From the NCBI GenBank assembly GCA_002269645.1, contig NIVC01000526.1, positions 1 through 64,000 on the forward strand: a DNA stretch of 64,000 nt. The letters are read 5' to 3'. Source of the stretch: Macrostomum lignano (taxonomy: Eukaryota). The position numbers were made by a program, and so were the translations under genes. Under the pieces are notes generated by a model that saw nothing but the letters and a program-made list of their open reading frames with translations, made no database searches and was not told where the DNA came from. This document shows, in pieces, positions 61,534 to 64,000 of the stretch; position 1 is the first letter of the stretch; each line of letters opens with the position of its first letter.

Positions 61534-61982
61534 CAGATACTAGAATAACTAGATGGGCCACTCAGAGCATTTGCGTGTAAACTACTTTCAGTTCAGTAGC
61601 AAGTTAAACAGAAGCATTTTAATGTATTTTTAAAGCCAATGCTCTTTTATTGGCTCTTACCCCTCAGCCAAAACCCCCCAACCGCGCCTTTCCACACTAC
61701 CCACCGCCCCGCCCGCCCCAATTTTTATGGCCTTTCTCGGAATTCTAGCTTAATGCTGCCATGTACATTTCAGTGGACTGGCTAATGTACATTATTGTTG
61801 AACCAATGAGCAAGTTGTTTACGCCTGCAAGCTTGGCTTTTAAACTTATCAAAGTCATTTCAGCCGCCTTTATTTTTATACTGAAATTTAATCTTCTTTG
61901 CTACTGAACTAAAAGTACATGTAAAAAACTGTTTTACTGAGTATATATACCTGAGCGGCTCATCTAGTTATTTTAGTATCTG
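61534..61982. mobile_element. MITE-like element, copy 2 (about 450 bp, about 25-bp TIRs)
   Basis: cagatactagaataactagatgggc ... gctcatctagttattttagtatctg; homologous throughout to 5836-6277. Confidence 0.8.
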
Positions 61983-63089
61983 TGGCCTGAGGAGGCTGAT
62001 ACATTTGTTTGTTTGATTTATCGGAGCATACAAGCATGACATTTTTATTGAATTTCGATAAGACGTCTGCCTCAATCTGTCATGCTGGCTGTCAAAGTTA
62101 ACAGAAAACCGGCAGGTACACTGCGCAATACTCGCCAACTCTGACTGAGTTTAGTGTAAATAATTGGGATGGATTGAATTCATCTGATCAGGTCGTGTTG
62201 CTGCATCAATGATGTAGCATGAGCAGGATCCGGTAAAGTCTGGTGAATGGCAAATGTAAGTTGCAAGTTAGAATTGGAACAAGCATCTGTTAGACTCAGC
62301 AAGATACTCGTATTTCCGAAATCATCAAAGATTAAAGTCGCCGCAAATACGAGTACATTTATTACGAGCTCGCACAAAAAACTTGGGATTATCTAACAAG
62401 TTTGAGCACACGATCTTTTAAGTCTTTAAGAAACACCTCTAGAAATCTTGCTTAGCCATGTTCATGGGCTACACTCGGGGAAACATGGCTTATGTCGAAG
62501 AACTAGCAGAATCACCCATGAATACCGTAGGAAAGTGTCTGCCCAAGATTTTCAAAAAGATGGCTCCTACGAGTTCTATATCCTGCAGTCCATCGAACCC
62601 TTCCTTATTGTGACCGAAATCCAATAATCTTTATCTACCGAGACCGTGACTGAGTCAATGTCAATGTCTTTGATCTGGTATGTGGAGGACTGGAAGTCCA
62701 ATTGAAACGGACAGATGCCGGTCATATAAGTTACACCCAGCATAAAGAACATAAGACGGATTATCCGGTGTCGAATTACCTGAATAAATGTAATTTAGCT
62801 CGTATCTTCTTTGCAGCTAACGCAAACTGGTTAAAACTATATCGATTCCATTCAGGTCAATAAGTTCTGCATTGCCGGCAGCAGAATTTCGCATTGGTTG
62901 GGAGCACTCCTATACCCGAACTGGCAAGTTGTGGAGGAGACTGCTCAAGGTGTTCGGAGATTGGTTAAGGACCTATACCAGCTGCTTAAAATAAGCTAGC
63001 AGAAACTAAGAAAGCAAACCCAAGATACGGAACGACACCAGCTGTTTAATTTATTGTTGTTGATTTCAACCAAGCAAGGCCCAACAGCT

Positions 63090-64000
63090 ATGGCGCAACC
63101 AGGCATGTAAGTCGTACAATGTGGATTTTACAAATCACATCTTGCTGGCGATTTACTCGGGTAGTTTTATTTAAAAAGACTTGCAACAAATTGCAATTGC
63201 AATTGATCGTTTTGAAAGCTGAAAATTATGTAAGGCGAATTTTGCTAGTAAAAATACGAGCTGTCAAAGAACCGAAAAGCTGCTTGTACGAGAGCCAGTT
63301 CAGTTGGAAAGTACACCTAACTGTACGAATAAGATTAGCCAATTCGCTATGAGTCGATAGAGGCATACCTTGTCATGCAATGACTGCAAGGAACAGCCAT
63401 CAATAAGTTGCTTAGATCAGTATCAGCCGAAGTAAAAGCAACTAAGCCTATAAGTTATCAATTGCAAACTTCGAGCAGAAATCTGCATTTCAGACTATTT
63501 AAACGAAAAAACAAAATCTACCTCGTGCTACAGGCTAATCAGTGTCAGCTTTGCCATCCTGGTTTTGATGCTAGTGACAAATGGCACTCACGGACTATTC
63601 AATGAGGACAAGAGAGGCTACTACTGGCCTCGCATGTGGAAATTCAGGAACGCTGACAAGAGAGGCTACTACTGGCCTGGCATGTGGAACTTCAGGAACG
63701 CTGACAAGAGAGGCTACTACTGGCCTGGCATGTGGAAATTCAGGAACGCTGACAAGAGAGGCTACTACTGGCCTGGCATGTGGAACTTCAGGAACGCTGA
63801 CAAGAGAGGCTACTACTGGCCTGGCATGTGGAACTTCAGGAACGCTGACAAGAGAGGCTACTACTGGCCTGGCATGTGGAACTTCAGGAACGCTGACAAG
63901 AGAGGCTACTACTGGCCTGGCATGTGGAACTTCAGGAATGCTGACAAGAGAGGCTACTACTGGCCTGGCATGTGGAACTTCAGGAACGCTGACAAGAGAG
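63090..64000 (+). CDS. Multi-copy neuropeptide/secreted peptide precursor (runs off the window). Exons 63090-63106 and 63534->64000
   Basis: ATGGCGCAACCAGGCAT|gtaagt...gctacag|GCTAATC gives MAQPGMLISVSFAILVLMLVTNGTHG-LFNED-KR, then 8 complete 48-bp units (GYYWP[G/R]MW[N/K]FRNAD-KR) in one uninterrupted frame. Confidence 0.85.

Overview
Intron-rich animal (eukaryotic) genomic DNA with GC-rich exons set in AT-rich, minisatellite-filled introns. The style suggests a free-living flatworm such as Macrostomum, which is an inference only. There are no prokaryotic features and no CRISPR array. Five spliced protein-coding genes can be built by hand: (1) the 3' half of a TTLL6/13-type tubulin polyglutamylase (+); (2) a nucleobindin (NUCB1/2-like, -); (3) a signal peptide-LRR-Ig protein with a GPI-like tail (-); (4) a GRDP/DUF1399 glycine-rich-domain protein (+), with an apparent 1-nt frameshift in its last exon; (5) at the right edge, and absent from the ORF track, a secreted multi-copy peptide precursor (+). 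The precursor has a spliced signal peptide followed by at least 8 KR-flanked copies of GYYWP(G/R)MW(N/K)FRNAD and is the most interesting feature in the window. The rest is about 20 distinct tandem arrays, including a near-perfect 148 x 63-bp, 9.3-kb array whose unit contains a transposon terminus, plus many small DNA-transposon derivatives (Tc1/IS630-like, mariner, hAT-like, foldback/MULE-like, MITEs) and a tRNA-derived SINE. The very long ORFs in the track are artefacts of repeats.
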